Shown: positions 40,144 to 51,711, counted from the first letter of the stretch. The stretch is 64,000 nucleotides of DNA from Rubrivivax sp. (GCA_049242285.1 JBMLPD010000472.1:6279-70278); one strand, 5' to 3'. Program-made: numbers and translations. The notes: generated by a model from the sequence alone, not told the origin.

Positions 40144-40383
40144 TCAGACGGGCTCCGCCTCGTTGGCATGAAAGTTCACCGCCCTGCCGGGCACGACCGT
40201 CGAGATGGCGTGCTTGTAGACCATCTGCGTCACCGTGTTGCGCAACAACACGACGTACTGGTCAAAGGACTCGATCTGGCCCTGCAGCTTGATGCCGTTG
40301 ACCAGATAGATGGAAACCGGGATGTGTTCCTTGCGCAAAAGATTGAGGAACGGATCTTGAAGAAGTTGGCCTTTGTTGCTCAC
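40144..40383 (-). CDS. hfq: RNA chaperone Hfq
   Basis: [49 protein letters not shown]... The start codon is GTG, 6 nt after GGAG. Confidence 0.97.
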   Translation of the reverse strand: MSNKGQLLQDPFLNLLRKEHIPVSIYLVNGIKLQGQIESFDQYVVLLRNTVTQMVYKHAISTVVPGRAVNFHANEAEPV

Positions 40384-40477
40384 GATATGCTCCGTGATGG
40401 AAAGACATGCACGTTATCACATGGGGTTGTCCCTCACGGCTGCAAGGGAGGTGCCGCAGCCCGAGGCTTGAACAAGC

Positions 40478-41821
40478 TCAGTTCGACTTGTCGAAAGGGT
40501 TGTCCGCAGAGCGCATCTGGATACGCATGGGCGTTCCAATGAGCTTGAAGTGATCCCGGAATCGCCCTTCCAGATAACGCTTGTAGGCCTCAGGCACCGC
40601 GTCAAGCGAATTGCCGTGCACCACGACCACTGGCGGGTTCAGGCCGCCTTGGTGGGCATAGCGCAACTTCGGGCGGAACCGCCCGGCCCGGGGGGGCTGC
40701 TGATGGGCCAGCGCCTCCTGCAGCACCCGGTTCAGGGCCGGCGTGGACATCTTGCAGGTGGCCGACTGGTGGGCCTGGACGATGGCCTTCCAGACCGGGC
40801 CCAGCCCCTGGCGCTTGAGTGCCGAGATATGCAGCACGGGCGCGAATCTCAGAAAGGCCAGGCGCTGCTCGATGGAACGCAGCAGCATGTCCCGCTGGTA
40901 GCTGTCGATGGCGTCCCATTTGTTGACCGCGATCACCACCGCCCTGCCCGACTCCAGGATGTAGCCCGCGATGTGCGAATCCTGCTCAGAGACACCTTGC
41001 GTCGCGTCCAGCAACAGCAGCACGACGTTGGCGTCCGCAATCGCCTGCAAGGTCTTGACCACCGAAAACTTCTCGATCGCCTCGAACACCTTGCCTTTGC
41101 GGCGAAGCCCGGCGGTGTCGATCAGCTCGAACCGCTGTCCGTCGCGCTCGAAGGGCACGGAGATGGCGTCGCGCGTCGTGCCCGGCAGGTCGAAGGCCAC
41201 GAGGCGTTCCTCGCCCAGCCAGGTGTTGATCAGCGTTGACTTGCCCACGTTCGGCCGCCCCGCCACGGCCAGTCGAATCGGGCGCTCCTGGTCTTCGCCC
41301 GCTTCGCCGGAGGACGGGTCCTCGTCGAAATCGAACCCTTCCAGTGCGATCTCGACGAGACTGCGGATGCCCTGCCCGTGGGCCGAGGAAATGGGCACAG
41401 GCTCACCCATGCCCAGTTCGAAGAACTCGGCCAGCAGCGGCGATTCGCGCATGCCCTCGGCCTTGTTGGCGGCCAGCAGCACTTTCTTGCGCTGGCTTCG
41501 CAGATAAGTGGCAATGTCGTGGTCCTGAGCCGACAGGCCTGCCCTGAGATCCACAACGAAGATCACCACATCGGCCTCGGCCACGGCCTGCCGGGTCTGT
41601 CGGGCCATTTCGCGGACGATGCCGGTCGAGCAGTCGGGCTCGAAACCACCGGTATCGATGACGATGAATTCCCGCGGACCCAAGCGGGCATCGCCGTAAT
41701 GGCGATCCCGGGTCAGCCCGGCGAAATCGGCCACGATCGCATCCCGGCTCTTCGTCAAGCGATTGAACAGGGTGCTCTTGCCCACATTGGGCCGACCCAC
41801 GATGGCGATGACCGGTTTCAA
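40478..41821 (-). CDS. der: Ribosome-associated GTPase Der (EngA)
   Basis: Two G-domains (..[14 protein letters not shown].., ..[14 protein letters not shown]..) and a KH-like C-terminal domain. The start codon is TTG. Confidence 0.97.
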   Translation of the reverse strand: MKPVIAIVGRPNVGKSTLFNRLTKSRDAIVADFAGLTRDRHYGDARLGPREFIVIDTGGFEPDCSTGIVREMARQTRQAVAEADVVIFVVDLRAGLSAQDHDIATYLRSQRKKVLLAANKAEGMRESPLLAEFFELGMGEPVPISSAHGQGIRSLVEIALEGFDFDEDPSSGEAGEDQERPIRLAVAGRPNVGKSTLINTWLGEERLVAFDLPGTTRDAISVPFERDGQRFELIDTAGLRRKGKVFEAIEKFSVVKTLQAIADANVVLLLLDATQGVSEQDSHIAGYILESGRAVVIAVNKWDAIDSYQRDMLLRSIEQRLAFLRFAPVLHISALKRQGLGPVWKAIVQAHQSATCKMSTPALNRVLQEALAHQQPPRAGRFRPKLRYAHQGGLNPPVVVVHGNSLDAVPEAYKRYLEGRFRDHFKLIGTPMRIQMRSADNPFDKSN

Positions 41822-41900
41822 GGATGAGCTCTCAGCACAGTGAATGGACGGCCCGCCACGTGGCCAGGGCCTGAGGCCCGAGCCTCAGGGATGCGGGGCT

Positions 41901-43031
41901 TCACTCCGCGCGGAAGGCATGCAAGCCACCGGCCCGCGTCACCACCAGCACGGTGGTGCCGCTGACCACCGGTGCGCCCACGACCGCGCTGCCGTCCGTG
42001 GGCAGGCGCAGCAACGGCTGGCCGTCTTCCCGGTCCAGGAAGTGGACGAAGCCTTGGGAATCGCCGACCACGGCAATGCGGCCTGCCAACCGGACGCCTC
42101 CCAGACCCCTGAAGAGGAACTTCTCGTTGGTCCACACAAGCTCACCGGTGCCCTGACGCCATCCCGACAGACGGTCTGAGCCGTCGCCAGCCACCACCAC
42201 CTTGTCATCCGCTGCGACGGCCTGGCTGCCTGACGCATTGCGCGACCACAAAACAGTGCCGCGAACGGCATCGACGCATCCCACGCTGGCCTGGAAGGCG
42301 CGAACGCACAGCACGTCACCCACCCGGGCCACGGGCCCCACCAGGTCGGCCAGACGTTCCACCTCATTGGTTCCGCGGGGATTGGCCACCGCAGCCTCCC
42401 ACCGGACCGTACCGCGAACCGGGTCCACCCCTGTCACGCGAGGACCCTGGCCGACCACCAAGGTGTCACGCACCGCAGACACAACGCCCACCTGCCCCAG
42501 GGTCAGGGCATCACCAGGGCGCTGCATCACCCACAGCTTCCGGCCGTCGAGCGCGTCAAAGGCGTGAACGACGCGATCCATCCCCATCACGAAGACCCGC
42601 TCACCCGCCACCAGCGGGGCAGTCATCACACGACCAGGAAGCGTCGCGCGCCAGAGCAGTCGCCCCTGGTCGAGCACCACCACCTCGTTGCTGCGTGTGA
42701 CCACTGAGGTGAACCGTCCGTCGGTGCCCACGCCGGCCGACAAGGCACTGCCCACCTGAGCGCGCCAGAGTTCCCTTCCCGTCGCGCCCTCCAGGGACAG
42801 CACCGTACCGTCGTCGCCGGCAACAATGAAGGCGCCATCGCGGGAAGCCGCCAGCATCGGGAACTGGACACCCGTGAGCTTGGCCTGCCACACCAGTTGG
42901 CCGCCGATCCTGGGCGTCAGCGCTTCCAGGGCCGTGGGCTTGGGCTTGTCGCTTGCGCATCCCGCAAGCAGGCCGGCACACACCACCACCGCGAACCATC
43001 TGACCAAGCTGCGGTCTGCCCGGGCGCTCAC
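41901..43031 (-). CDS. bamB: Outer membrane protein assembly factor BamB
   Basis: Lipobox ..LLAGCAS.. and PQQ-like beta-propeller repeats. The GTG start overlaps the yfgM stop. Confidence 0.9.
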   Translation of the reverse strand: MSARADRSLVRWFAVVVCAGLLAGCASDKPKPTALEALTPRIGGQLVWQAKLTGVQFPMLAASRDGAFIVAGDDGTVLSLEGATGRELWRAQVGSALSAGVGTDGRFTSVVTRSNEVVVLDQGRLLWRATLPGRVMTAPLVAGERVFVMGMDRVVHAFDALDGRKLWVMQRPGDALTLGQVGVVSAVRDTLVVGQGPRVTGVDPVRGTVRWEAAVANPRGTNEVERLADLVGPVARVGDVLCVRAFQASVGCVDAVRGTVLWSRNASGSQAVAADDKVVVAGDGSDRLSGWRQGTGELVWTNEKFLFRGLGGVRLAGRIAVVGDSQGFVHFLDREDGQPLLRLPTDGSAVVGAPVVSGTTVLVVTRAGGLHAFRAE

Positions 43032-43696
43032 TTCGTCACCCCCGAGGCTGCAGGCGCAGGCGCGACACCCAGGGTGTTGAGCTTGGCTTCGACCACCCTG
43101 CGGTACTCCACCGTTTCAGGAAATCCCTTCCAGGCCGCCAGGAAGGCCTCGGCAGCCTGCTGCGGTTTTCCCTGGGCCAACAGGACGTCACCGCGTCGAT
43201 CGGCGACCAGGGCCTCAAAACCCTTCACACTCACCGAATCCAGCACCTTCAAGGCCTCGTCCCGTCGCCCTGCATCGAGCTCGACGCCAGCCCGCCGCAG
43301 AGCCGCCATCGCACGCAAGCCCTCGTCCTTGGACTTTTCGCCCACCCAGACCAGCACCGTGGCCGCCGCCTCGGTCTGGCCTTTGTCGATCTGCAGTCGC
43401 GCAAGCATCAGCCCGCCTTGCGCCGTCCACTGTGCACGGGGGTAGCGGCCTTGCAGATCCGCGAAGATGCGGGCTGAACGCTCCACATCGCCGGCCTGCA
43501 CGGATCGGTCGAGCTCTTCAAACATCGCGCCCGCCTTGCCGCCTTGGTCACGCTGGTACCAGTTCCAGCCGTTCCAAGCCGCAAAGGCGGAAAGCGCCAG
43601 CACCAGCGTCCACATGATGAGGTTGCCGTACTGTTTCCAGAACGCCTTGATCGAATCGAGCTGCTCCTGCTCTTGCAGGTCGAGAGGTGTGGCCAT
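43028..43696 (-). CDS. yfgM: YfgM-family membrane-anchored TPR-like protein
   Basis: MATPLDLQEQEQLDSIKAFWKQYGNLIMWTLVLALSAFAAWNGWNWY..; canonical hisS-yfgM-bamB-der order. Confidence 0.85.
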   Translation of the reverse strand: MATPLDLQEQEQLDSIKAFWKQYGNLIMWTLVLALSAFAAWNGWNWYQRDQGGKAGAMFEELDRSVQAGDVERSARIFADLQGRYPRAQWTAQGGLMLARLQIDKGQTEAAATVLVWVGEKSKDEGLRAMAALRRAGVELDAGRRDEALKVLDSVSVKGFEALVADRRGDVLLAQGKPQQAAEAFLAAWKGFPETVEYRRVVEAKLNTLGVAPAPAASGVTK

Positions 43697-43722
43697 GGGA
43701 AGAAGCGAATGGGGAAGCGGGA

Positions 43723-45033
43723 TTATGCGGTGCGCAACTCATGAGCCCACAGGGCAACGGCATCCATGCGTCGGGTGTACTGACCGGCGCTGGCTTCCCG
43801 CAGCGGCTTGATGGAGACCTGCCCTGCAGCCACTTCGTCGGCTCCGAACACCAGGGCGTGACGCGCGCCGCTGGCATCGGCCTTCCTGAATTGCGCCTTG
43901 AGGCTGCCGCTCCCGCCGTGCATGTGCACCGACACGCCCTCGCGGCGAAGGGCGTCCAGCACTCCCATGGCCTGGGGCAGGCAGGCTGCATCAGGCATCA
44001 CGGCATAGACATCAGGCGCGAGGGTGGGCACCGGAACACCCAGCTCCTGCAACAGCAGCAACAGCCGCTCGACGCCCAGGCCGAAACCGATGGCCGGCGT
44101 GGGCTTGCCTCCGAGCTTCTCGAACAGGCCATCGTACCGGCCGCCGCCACACACCGTCCCCTGGGACCCCAGATGGTCTGTCACCCACTCGAACACGGTG
44201 AGGTTGTAGTAGTCCAGACCCCGAACCAGGCGCGGGTTGAGGCGGTACGGCAGGCCCGCGGCATCCAGCACGGCGCACACCGCTGCCAGGTGCGCACGCG
44301 AGGCCTCACCCAGATGCTCTGACAGCTTGGGAGCGCCCTCCACCAGGGTCTGCAGGGTCGGGTTCTTGGTGTCCAGGATGCGCAGGGGGTTGGTGTGCAG
44401 GCGGCGTCGGCTGTCCTCATCCAGCTGGTCGGCATGCCGGGTGAAATACGCGACGAGCGCAGCCCGGTGCGCCGCCCTCTCCGCAGGTTGCCCCAGGCTG
44501 TTGATCTCCAGCCTCACATGCGGGCCCACCTGCAGCCCCAGCGTCTGCCAAAGCCTGCGCACCATCAGGATGAGCTCGGCATCCACATCAGGACCGGCAA
44601 ACCCCAGAGCCTCCACGTCGAGCTGGTAGAACTGGCGGTAGCGGCCCTTTTGAGGCCGCTCATGCCGGAACACCGGGCCAATCGACCACACGCGCAACGG
44701 GCCGTTGTACAGAGCGTTGTGTTCCACCACGGCGCGCACGATGCCGGCGGTGATTTCCGGCCGCAAGGTCAGCGCGTCGCCGTTCATGGCATCGCTCCAG
44801 GAATACATCTCCTTCTCGACGATATCGGTGTCCTGGCCGATGCCGCGCACGAACAGCGGCGTGGGCTCCACGATGGGAGTGAGCAGATGCTGGTAGCCGT
44901 GGCTGGCCATCACGCCATCCACGGCACGCTCGAACCAGCGCCAGATTTCGGAATCCGGCAGCCTGTCCCGGCGCGGCACGCTGCCGGGAAGGATGTCGTT
45001 CATGCCTTTGACGGCAACCAATTTGTCGGCCAT
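43723..45033 (-). CDS. hisS: Histidine--tRNA ligase
   Basis: ..VKGMNDILP.., ..[21 protein letters not shown].., ..GGGRYDGL.. Confidence 0.97.
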   Translation of the reverse strand: MADKLVAVKGMNDILPGSVPRRDRLPDSEIWRWFERAVDGVMASHGYQHLLTPIVEPTPLFVRGIGQDTDIVEKEMYSWSDAMNGDALTLRPEITAGIVRAVVEHNALYNGPLRVWSIGPVFRHERPQKGRYRQFYQLDVEALGFAGPDVDAELILMVRRLWQTLGLQVGPHVRLEINSLGQPAERAAHRAALVAYFTRHADQLDEDSRRRLHTNPLRILDTKNPTLQTLVEGAPKLSEHLGEASRAHLAAVCAVLDAAGLPYRLNPRLVRGLDYYNLTVFEWVTDHLGSQGTVCGGGRYDGLFEKLGGKPTPAIGFGLGVERLLLLLQELGVPVPTLAPDVYAVMPDAACLPQAMGVLDALRREGVSVHMHGGSGSLKAQFRKADASGARHALVFGADEVAAGQVSIKPLREASAGQYTRRMDAVALWAHELRTA

Positions 45034-45117
45034 GGAAGTTCCGGCGTCCGTGGACGCTGCGGCAAGGGTCAGAGGAAATGCCGTGGGAAGCGGTGCCGTT
45101 GCGGCTGCGCGGCCGAA

Positions 45118-46398
45118 TCAAGCCGCCGTGGTGGCCGCAGCCCCGAACCGGCGCTCGATGTAAGACTCCACGATCTGGTGAAACTCCTGGGCAATGCCCT
45201 CGCCCCGCAAGGTCATCGCCTTTTCACCATCGATGAACACCGGCGCCGCGGGCGCTTCGCCGGTACCCGGCAGGCTGATGCCGATGTCGGCATGTTTGCT
45301 CTCGCCGGGGCCGTTCACGATGCACCCCATCACGGCCACGCGCAGGTTCTCCACGCCGGGATAGCGCGACTTCCAGACCGGCATCATGCGCCGCAGGTGG
45401 TCGTCGATCTGCTTGGCGAGTTCCTGGAAGGTGGTGCTGGTGGTGCGGCCGCAGCCCGGGCAGGCGGTCACGCTGGGATTGAAGGTTCGCAGCCCCAGGG
45501 ATTGAAGGATCTCCAGCGCCACCACCACTTCCTGCGTCCGCGCCTCCCCCGGCTGCGGTGTCAGGCTCACGCGTATGGTGTCGCCAATGCCCTCCTGGAG
45601 CAGCACGCCCAGGGCCGTGCTGGAGGCGACGGTGCCTTTGGTGGCCATGCCGGCTTCGGTCAAGCCCAGATGCAGGGCGTGGTCACAACGGGCGGCGAGC
45701 GCGCGGTACACGGAAATCAGGTCCTGCACCCCGCTGACCTTGCAACTGATGATGATCTGATCAGGGTCCATGCCGAGCGACCGCGCCTCTGCCGCAGACT
45801 GCAAGGCCGACGAAACCAGGGCCTGGTACATCACCTGCCGGGCATTCCAAGGTTGGAGGCGACGGGCGTTGTCATCCATCATCGAGGCCAACAACTCCTG
45901 ATCCAGGCTGCCCCAGTTCACGCCGATCCGCACGACCTTGTCGTGCCGCATCGCGGCCTCGATCATCTGGGCAAACTGCGCATCCCGCTTGCGTCCCTTG
46001 CCCACGTTGCCCGGGTTGATGCGGTACTTGCTCAGGGCTGCGGCGCAATCGGGAAACTGGCTCAGCAGGGTATGGCCGTTGTAGTGGAAGTCGCCCACCA
46101 GCGGCACATCGATGCCCATGCGGTCCAGCTGTTCCCGGATGTGCGGCACGGCCTGGGCCGCCTCGGGCGTGTTGACGGTGATGCGGACCATCTCGGAGCC
46201 GGCCTGCGCCAGTTCCTTCACCTGGATGGCCGTCTCGATCACATCGACCGTGTCGGTGTTGGTCATGGACTGCACCCGCACCGGCGCTTCGCCACCAACC
46301 GTCACCAGGCGCGACCCCCAGCGCACGCGGGCCTGCCGCGAGCGACGGGGCGCCGGGCTGGCCGGCTCGATGAACGCGGGCTCGAACGCATCGCTCAT
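45118..46398 (-). CDS. ispG: 4-hydroxy-3-methylbut-2-en-1-yl diphosphate synthase (flavodoxin)
   Basis: ..[14 protein letters not shown].., ..CPGCGRTTS..; trimmed to ATG 46398. Confidence 0.97.
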   Translation of the reverse strand: MSDAFEPAFIEPASPAPRRSRQARVRWGSRLVTVGGEAPVRVQSMTNTDTVDVIETAIQVKELAQAGSEMVRITVNTPEAAQAVPHIREQLDRMGIDVPLVGDFHYNGHTLLSQFPDCAAALSKYRINPGNVGKGRKRDAQFAQMIEAAMRHDKVVRIGVNWGSLDQELLASMMDDNARRLQPWNARQVMYQALVSSALQSAAEARSLGMDPDQIIISCKVSGVQDLISVYRALAARCDHALHLGLTEAGMATKGTVASSTALGVLLQEGIGDTIRVSLTPQPGEARTQEVVVALEILQSLGLRTFNPSVTACPGCGRTTSTTFQELAKQIDDHLRRMMPVWKSRYPGVENLRVAVMGCIVNGPGESKHADIGISLPGTGEAPAAPVFIDGEKAMTLRGEGIAQEFHQIVESYIERRFGAAATTAA

Positions 46399-46416
46399 GG
46401 TCTGAACTCCCAAGAC

Positions 46417-47268
46417 CTACTTCAACTCCAACCGGGCCACATTGTCCCGGGTGGCGGCAGACAAATCGATCTCGCGACCGCGCCAGCGCACCTGCGTGGC
46501 GGCGGCGTTGCCAATCGTCAACCGGAGCGCTGATCCCGCCTCCAGGGCCACCACTTCACCGGGCGTCAGCGTGCGGGCCCAGATCTGACGACCCTGAAGA
46601 TCGGCGGCCTCTACCCACGAGGGCTCCGTGACCGTGATGGCAGACCCGAGACCCGACACCGCGCTGGCAGCGTCTCCCATGGGCGCCCCATGGACGGTTT
46701 GAATGGAGCCGGGGGCAGAGGAAGCGGCAGCCAGCGGCACCGCGGGGGCGGCGGAAGCTGGCAACCCTGCCGCGCCAGGCCCGCTGGCAGCGTCCGACGG
46801 ACCGACCGCACCTGATGGGATACCCTGCCCCGGCCACCAGGAGGCGGGCCTCCACCCCAGCACCGCCGCCAGTATCAGCAAAAGGACAGATGCCCACCAC
46901 CAGGTTCGGCGATCCGCGGAAGACCGCAACGCCACGCCGGATCCGCCGCGCCTGGGGAAGGGTTCGTTCATGCCCTGGTTGACCTGACCCAGGATGGCGC
47001 TGGCTCCTTCGAGGCGGGGCAGCGCGTCGAGAACGGGCGCAGGGTCGCACTTCAACACCCGGCATACCGAAAGGGCCAGAGCGCGCACAAACACTGCATC
47101 ATGCAGTTCATCGAACCGGTCGCTCTCCAGCAGCTCGAGCTTGCGAACAGGCACCTTCAGCGTCGTGGACAACAATCCGATGTGCATGCCGCTGCGCTCC
47201 CGGGCCGCGCGCAACAGTGCGCCGGCCGACTTGGAAGGATCGGACAGGTGGGTGCCCGCCTCACTCAT
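46417..47268 (-). CDS. rodZ: Cytoskeleton protein RodZ-like (HTH + TM + C-terminal domain)
   Basis: HTH ..GALLRAARERSGMHIGLLSTTLKVP.., TM WWASVLLLILAAVLGW, and a Pro/Ala/Ser-rich linker. ATG 47268; the ORF opens with TTG 47271. Confidence 0.8.
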   Translation of the reverse strand: MSEAGTHLSDPSKSAGALLRAARERSGMHIGLLSTTLKVPVRKLELLESDRFDELHDAVFVRALALSVCRVLKCDPAPVLDALPRLEGASAILGQVNQGMNEPFPRRGGSGVALRSSADRRTWWWASVLLLILAAVLGWRPASWWPGQGIPSGAVGPSDAASGPGAAGLPASAAPAVPLAAASSAPGSIQTVHGAPMGDAASAVSGLGSAITVTEPSWVEAADLQGRQIWARTLTPGEVVALEAGSALRLTIGNAAATQVRWRGREIDLSAATRDNVARLELK

Positions 47269-48094
47269 CAAAACGCCCCCTCTCGTACATCAAGGTCTCG
47301 GACGACTGGGGAAATCGCTCCTGCAGCTGCTGGCCCCACAAGCGCATGGCCGCCGTGTCGCCCAGACGTCTTTCCACCCGAACGGCCAGCCAGAGGGACT
47401 GAGGCGAGGCGAACTCCTGGCGCTGGTTCACGCGCCGGATGTAGAAGCGGGCGCGTTCGAATTCCCCTGTGCGAAACAGGAAATCGCTCAAGTGAAAGCC
47501 ACTGACCGGGTTGCCCGGGTCCAGCTCATAGGCCCGGCTCAACGCGGCCTCGGCCTCTGACCACCGCTGCCCGCGCGCCAGACAGATGCCTTGCGCCATC
47601 AGCGTCCTGATGGTGTCGCGATACTGCGGTTGCGCCAAGGCCTGCCGGAACAAGACATCCGACTCCGGCAGCCGGCCCGCCTGGCAGAGAAACCAAGCGT
47701 AGTTGTGCATGAGGTCGGCATCACGGGGAGCCAACTGCAGCGCGCGCTTGAAGCTTTCTTCAGCCAGCCGCAGTTCGCCCATTGCTGCGTAAATCAGGCC
47801 CCTGAGGTTGAACGCCTCGGGCATGTCCGGACGCGCCGCAAGGGCCAGCTTGACCTCGTCCAGCGCCGTCGCCGCCTGGCCCCGGGAGAAGTAGCCCGCC
47901 GCCAGTTCCATGCGCACACGGGCGCGCTTGTCAGCGTCCGTCTGGTCCGACGACGTCTTCAGATCTTCAAGCGGCCCCTGCCCGGGGGGCGAAGCGCAGC
48001 CGCCCAGGGCCGCCAAGGCGGCCACCAGCAGCGTGACCAGAACGCCTGCCAAGGCCCGCAAAGCCGGCTTGCCTGTAGGCGCCAGGACGATCAT
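47261..48094 (-). CDS. pilW: Type IV pilus biogenesis/stability lipoprotein PilW (TPR)
   Basis: Lipobox ..ALGGCAS.. and TPR repeats. Conserved slot between rlmN and rodZ. Confidence 0.8.
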   Translation of the reverse strand: MIVLAPTGKPALRALAGVLVTLLVAALAALGGCASPPGQGPLEDLKTSSDQTDADKRARVRMELAAGYFSRGQAATALDEVKLALAARPDMPEAFNLRGLIYAAMGELRLAEESFKRALQLAPRDADLMHNYAWFLCQAGRLPESDVLFRQALAQPQYRDTIRTLMAQGICLARGQRWSEAEAALSRAYELDPGNPVSGFHLSDFLFRTGEFERARFYIRRVNQRQEFASPQSLWLAVRVERRLGDTAAMRLWGQQLQERFPQSSETLMYERGRFDE

Positions 48095-49233
48095 GTCACC
48101 ACCCGCTGCGGCTGGATCGCCACAACCCGCCCGGCGTGACGGCTGCGCACGTCGGTGCGGTCCAGCACCTCACCGGCGAGTTGTCCGCAAGCCGCATCGA
48201 TGTCATCGCCGCGTGTCTTGCGTACCGTGGTGACATGGCCCGCTTCCTGCAGCAACGCGGCGAAGGCCGACACACGTGGGGGGCTGGACCGCCTCAGGCC
48301 AGAGGCCGGAAAAGGGTTGAAAGGGATGAGATTGAACTTGCACGATACGCTGGTGCCGCCCGAAGCCTGCGAGCGCCCGCGTACCAGATCCACCAGCCGG
48401 GCCGCATGCGCATCGGAATCATTGACCCCGTCGAGCATGCAGTACTCGAAGGTGATGAAGTCACGCGGGGCAGCCAGCAGGTAGCGGGCGCAGGCCTGCA
48501 TCAAGTCGCGCAGCGGGTACTTGCGGTTCAAGGGCACGAGGTCATCGCGCAGGGCGTCATCTGGCGCATGCAAGGAGACCGCCAGAGCCACAGGACAGTC
48601 GTGGCGCAGCCGGTCCATCATCGGCACCACGCCCGAGGTGGACACCGTGACCCTGCGGCGCGACAGGCCGTACGCATGATCGTCCAGCATGACCTGCAAC
48701 GCCGGTACCAGCGCAGCGTAATTCTGCAAGGGCTCGCCCATGCCCATCATCACGACGTTGTCCACCGCCCGCTGGCTATCGGACAAGCCCAGCCGGGCGC
48801 GCAGTTCGTGTTCGGCATGCCACACCTGCGCCAGAATCTCGCCCGTGCGCAGGTTGCGGCTGAAGCCCTGGTGGCCCGTAGAGCAAAAACGGCATCCCAC
48901 GGCACAACCCGCCTGGGACGACACGCACAAGGTGCCCCGGTCCATTTCCGGAATGAACACGGTCTCGACGGCATTGCCATCGCCCACGTCGAACAGCCAC
49001 TTGACCGTGCCGTCCACAGACCGATGCTCAGACAACACGGGCAGCGACGCTACGACATGCGTGCCGCTGAGCTTGTCTCTGAACCCCTTGGCCAGATCGG
49101 TCATTCGGCCGAAATCGGACTGCCCGCGCCGGTGAACCCAACGAAACAGCTGGGTCGCACGGAAGCGCTTCTCGCCCAAGGCCTCGACATGGGCGATGAG
49201 CGCCGGGTGATCGAGATCGAGAAGGTTCACCAC
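48091..49233 (-). CDS. rlmN: 23S rRNA/tRNA (adenine-C2)-methyltransferase RlmN
   Basis: Radical SAM ..[18 protein letters not shown].., ..MGMGEPL... The start codon is GTG. Confidence 0.95.
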   Translation of the reverse strand: MVNLLDLDHPALIAHVEALGEKRFRATQLFRWVHRRGQSDFGRMTDLAKGFRDKLSGTHVVASLPVLSEHRSVDGTVKWLFDVGDGNAVETVFIPEMDRGTLCVSSQAGCAVGCRFCSTGHQGFSRNLRTGEILAQVWHAEHELRARLGLSDSQRAVDNVVMMGMGEPLQNYAALVPALQVMLDDHAYGLSRRRVTVSTSGVVPMMDRLRHDCPVALAVSLHAPDDALRDDLVPLNRKYPLRDLMQACARYLLAAPRDFITFEYCMLDGVNDSDAHAARLVDLVRGRSQASGGTSVSCKFNLIPFNPFPASGLRRSSPPRVSAFAALLQEAGHVTTVRKTRGDDIDAACGQLAGEVLDRTDVRSRHAGRVVAIQPQRVVT

Positions 49234-49294
49234 GCTTCGGGTCCTGCTGCTGCGTTCGACCTTGTCCTGCCGGGAGCGTCCCGGCCGGGCATGC

Positions 49295-49720
49295 TCAGCG
49301 ACTGTAGACGTTCATGCCAGGGAAGAAAAAGGCCACTTCGGCCGCAGCCGTCTCCGGCGCATCGGAACCGTGCACCGCATTGGCATCGATGCTGTCTGCG
49401 AAATCGGCCCGGATGGTGCCCTTCTCAGCCTTCTTGGGATCCGTGGCGCCCATCAATTCGCGATTGCGTGCGATCGCGCCCTCGCCCTCCAGCACCTGGA
49501 TCATCACCGGCCCGGAGATCATGAAGCTCACCAGATCGTTGAAGAAGGGCCGCGCCTTGTGGACGGCGTAGAAGGCTTCGGCTTCGCCACGGGACAGATG
49601 CGCCATCCTGGCCGCGACGACTTTCAGCCCAGCGCCCTCGAAACGGGCGTAGATCTGTCCGATCACGTTCTTCGCCACTGCGTCGGGCTTGATGATCGAC
49701 AGGGTGCGTTCGATAGCCAT
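49295..49720 (-). CDS. ndk: Nucleoside diphosphate kinase
   Basis: [35 protein letters not shown]..; AGGAG Shine-Dalgarno sequence. Confidence 0.97.
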   Translation of the reverse strand: MAIERTLSIIKPDAVAKNVIGQIYARFEGAGLKVVAARMAHLSRGEAEAFYAVHKARPFFNDLVSFMISGPVMIQVLEGEGAIARNRELMGATDPKKAEKGTIRADFADSIDANAVHGSDAPETAAAEVAFFFPGMNVYSR

Positions 49721-49758
49721 TCCAAAACTCCTGAAACCAAAACTTGGGAAAACCCCTC

Positions 49759-49764
49759 AGTGTA
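49759..49764 (-). promoter_or_regulatory. -10-like hexamer TACACT upstream of ndk
   Basis: Forward agtgta, 39 nt upstream of the ndk ATG. Confidence 0.3.
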
Positions 49765-49839
49765 GCCCGTTGGCCTGAACCGCCGGGGCTTGCGCGGGGC
49801 GTCATGCGCCTTGCAGGACAGGCCTTGCCAGCGATGGCG

Positions 49840-51711
49840 TCACCGCCGCCGACCACCCTTGCCGGACCGTGCGGACTTGCCTTTCTGGTGAAAGGCATCC
49901 GCGCCGATGTAGCCCACTGAAGTGCGCATGGGGTCGGGTTGCCCACCGGGCCCCTGACCCTTGCCGCCGGCTGGCTTCTTGCGCGCCCGCCCGCCTGCGC
50001 CGCCGGCTCCCGCATGCACCTTGGCCGGCTTCACAAAGCGCTTGTCATAGGTCTGCTGCAGCGGATTGGGGATGGGTCCATCCTCGTCCAGTTCGCGCTT
50101 GGGCCGTGCCTGCGCCTGCAGGGCACGGCGGTCATAGGTCTGCTGCAGCGGATTGGGGATCGGGCCGTCTTCGTCGATGTCGCGCACCCGCCGGGCTTGC
50201 TGCATGGCCCGCTTGTCATAGGTCTGCTGCAGGGGGTTGGGGATCGGACCGAAATTCTCAGGCTCTGCCGAATCGATGTCAGGGACGCCGTGCATGCCGT
50301 GAGCGGGGTCTGCCGGCCCCGCGCCACGCGCACGGCCGCGCCGATTGTTCTTGCGAGCCCGCGGGGCCGCAGCAGGCCCGCTGCCCTGCGCAGTCCTCGG
50401 ACCTCCTGCGCCAGGCCCTTGTGCGCTGCCAGAGGTCATGATGCGAAGCGCCTTGATGTCCTCGGCCGGCAGATCAACCCAGACGCCGCGGCGCAGGCCC
50501 TTGGGCAGCACCACGCTGCCGTACCGGATGCGGATCAGCCGGCTCACGGCGTGTCCGACCGCATCGAACAGCTTGCGCACCTCCCGGTTGCGTCCCTCGG
50601 TGATCACCACCCGGACCCAGCGGTTGGCACCGTCGCCGCCGCCATCCTCGATGCTCTTGAAGGCCGCGGGCTGGCCATCGATCTCCACGCCCTCAAGCAA
50701 CCTGGCGCGGCTGTCCTCCGACAAGGCTCCCAGGATGCGCACGGCGTATTCGCGCTCCACACCGAATCGGGGGTGCATGAGCCGGTTCGCGAGGTCGCCA
50801 GAGTTGGTGAACAGCAGCAGCCCCTCGGTGTTGATGTCAAGACGCCCCACCGACTGCCACTTGCCCTGGGGCAGGCGGGGCAGGCGCCTGAAGACGGTGG
50901 GCCGCTGCTGCGGGTCGTCATGGGTGACCACCTCGCCGGCAGGCTTGTGGTAGGCGATGACTCGCGGCGGCGGCGGCGCGATGCGCACCTTGACCGGCTT
51001 GCCGTCGATGGCGATCTTGTCGCCAGAGGAAATCCTCTGGCCGATGTGGGCCGGCTGCGTGTTCACGGTCACCCGACCCTCGACGATCATCTGCTCGAGA
51101 TCGCGACGGGAGCCCACGCCAGACTGCGCCAGCACCTTGTGAAGCTTGGGCGCGTCCGCCTCAGGCGCCAGCACCCTGCGCGGGCGCTCCGGGCGCACGC
51201 GGGCGGCGACTGTGGGCGTCTCCATCGAGCCAGCGGCCCCATCCCCACCCGCCACATCGGCGGCAGGCGCCACCTCGTCGATCGGCGTGTCTTCGTCGAA
51301 CGCCCCCGAGATGACCGCGCCAAAGAGCTCTGCGGGATCGGTCCTTTCCAGCACTGCCTGCGGCCCCACGCCGGCCGGTGCGAGGGGGGCGGATACGGCG
51401 GCGTCGTCGCCCTCACCGCCACCTTCGCCTTGGTCGGCTGCAGCGGCCTGAGTGCCCCCCGCATCAGCGCGATCACCTCGGCGCCCGCGTCGCCGGTTGC
51501 GCTTGCGGCGCCTGGGGTCTCTCAGGTCACCGGCCTCCTGGGCTTGCGCGGGAGTTTCTGCGCGCGCCCCGGATTCACCCGCGCCATCGGATGCGGCCAT
51601 GAAGGACACGTGCTCAACAGGGCCGTCTTCGTGGGCTGCCGTCGCCGGCGCATCCGGCCGGGCGCGGTGGCGGCTGGCGTTGTCAGTCATTTCGGGATCC
51701 GTCGGGTTCAT
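49840..51711 (-). CDS. rluB: 23S rRNA pseudouridine synthase RluB with long disordered N- and C-terminal extensions
   Basis: S4 domain ..[29 protein letters not shown].. and RsuA/RluB core ..[39 protein letters not shown]... ORF 49840..52116 trimmed to ATG 51711. ATG 51690 is an alternative just past the scpB stop. Confidence 0.9.
   Translation of the reverse strand: MNPTDPEMTDNASRHRARPDAPATAAHEDGPVEHVSFMAASDGAGESGARAETPAQAQEAGDLRDPRRRKRNRRRGRRGDRADAGGTQAAAADQGEGGGEGDDAAVSAPLAPAGVGPQAVLERTDPAELFGAVISGAFDEDTPIDEVAPAADVAGGDGAAGSMETPTVAARVRPERPRRVLAPEADAPKLHKVLAQSGVGSRRDLEQMIVEGRVTVNTQPAHIGQRISSGDKIAIDGKPVKVRIAPPPPRVIAYHKPAGEVVTHDDPQQRPTVFRRLPRLPQGKWQSVGRLDINTEGLLLFTNSGDLANRLMHPRFGVEREYAVRILGALSEDSRARLLEGVEIDGQPAAFKSIEDGGGDGANRWVRVVITEGRNREVRKLFDAVGHAVSRLIRIRYGSVVLPKGLRRGVWVDLPAEDIKALRIMTSGSAQGPGAGGPRTAQGSGPAAAPRARKNNRRGRARGAGPADPAHGMHGVPDIDSAEPENFGPIPNPLQQTYDKRAMQQARRVRDIDEDGPIPNPLQQTYDRRALQAQARPKRELDEDGPIPNPLQQTYDKRFVKPAKVHAGAGGAGGRARKKPAGGKGQGPGGQPDPMRTSVGYIGADAFHQKGKSARSGKGGRRR
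50038..50250 (-). repeat. Three in-frame tandem copies of a [12 protein letters not shown](K/R)R motif within the rluB C-terminal tail
   Basis: Copies at 50038..50079, 50125..50166 and 50209..50250 (period 84-87 nt). The forward strand repeats gtcataggtctgctgcag(c/g)gg(a/g)ttgggga. Confidence 0.9.
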
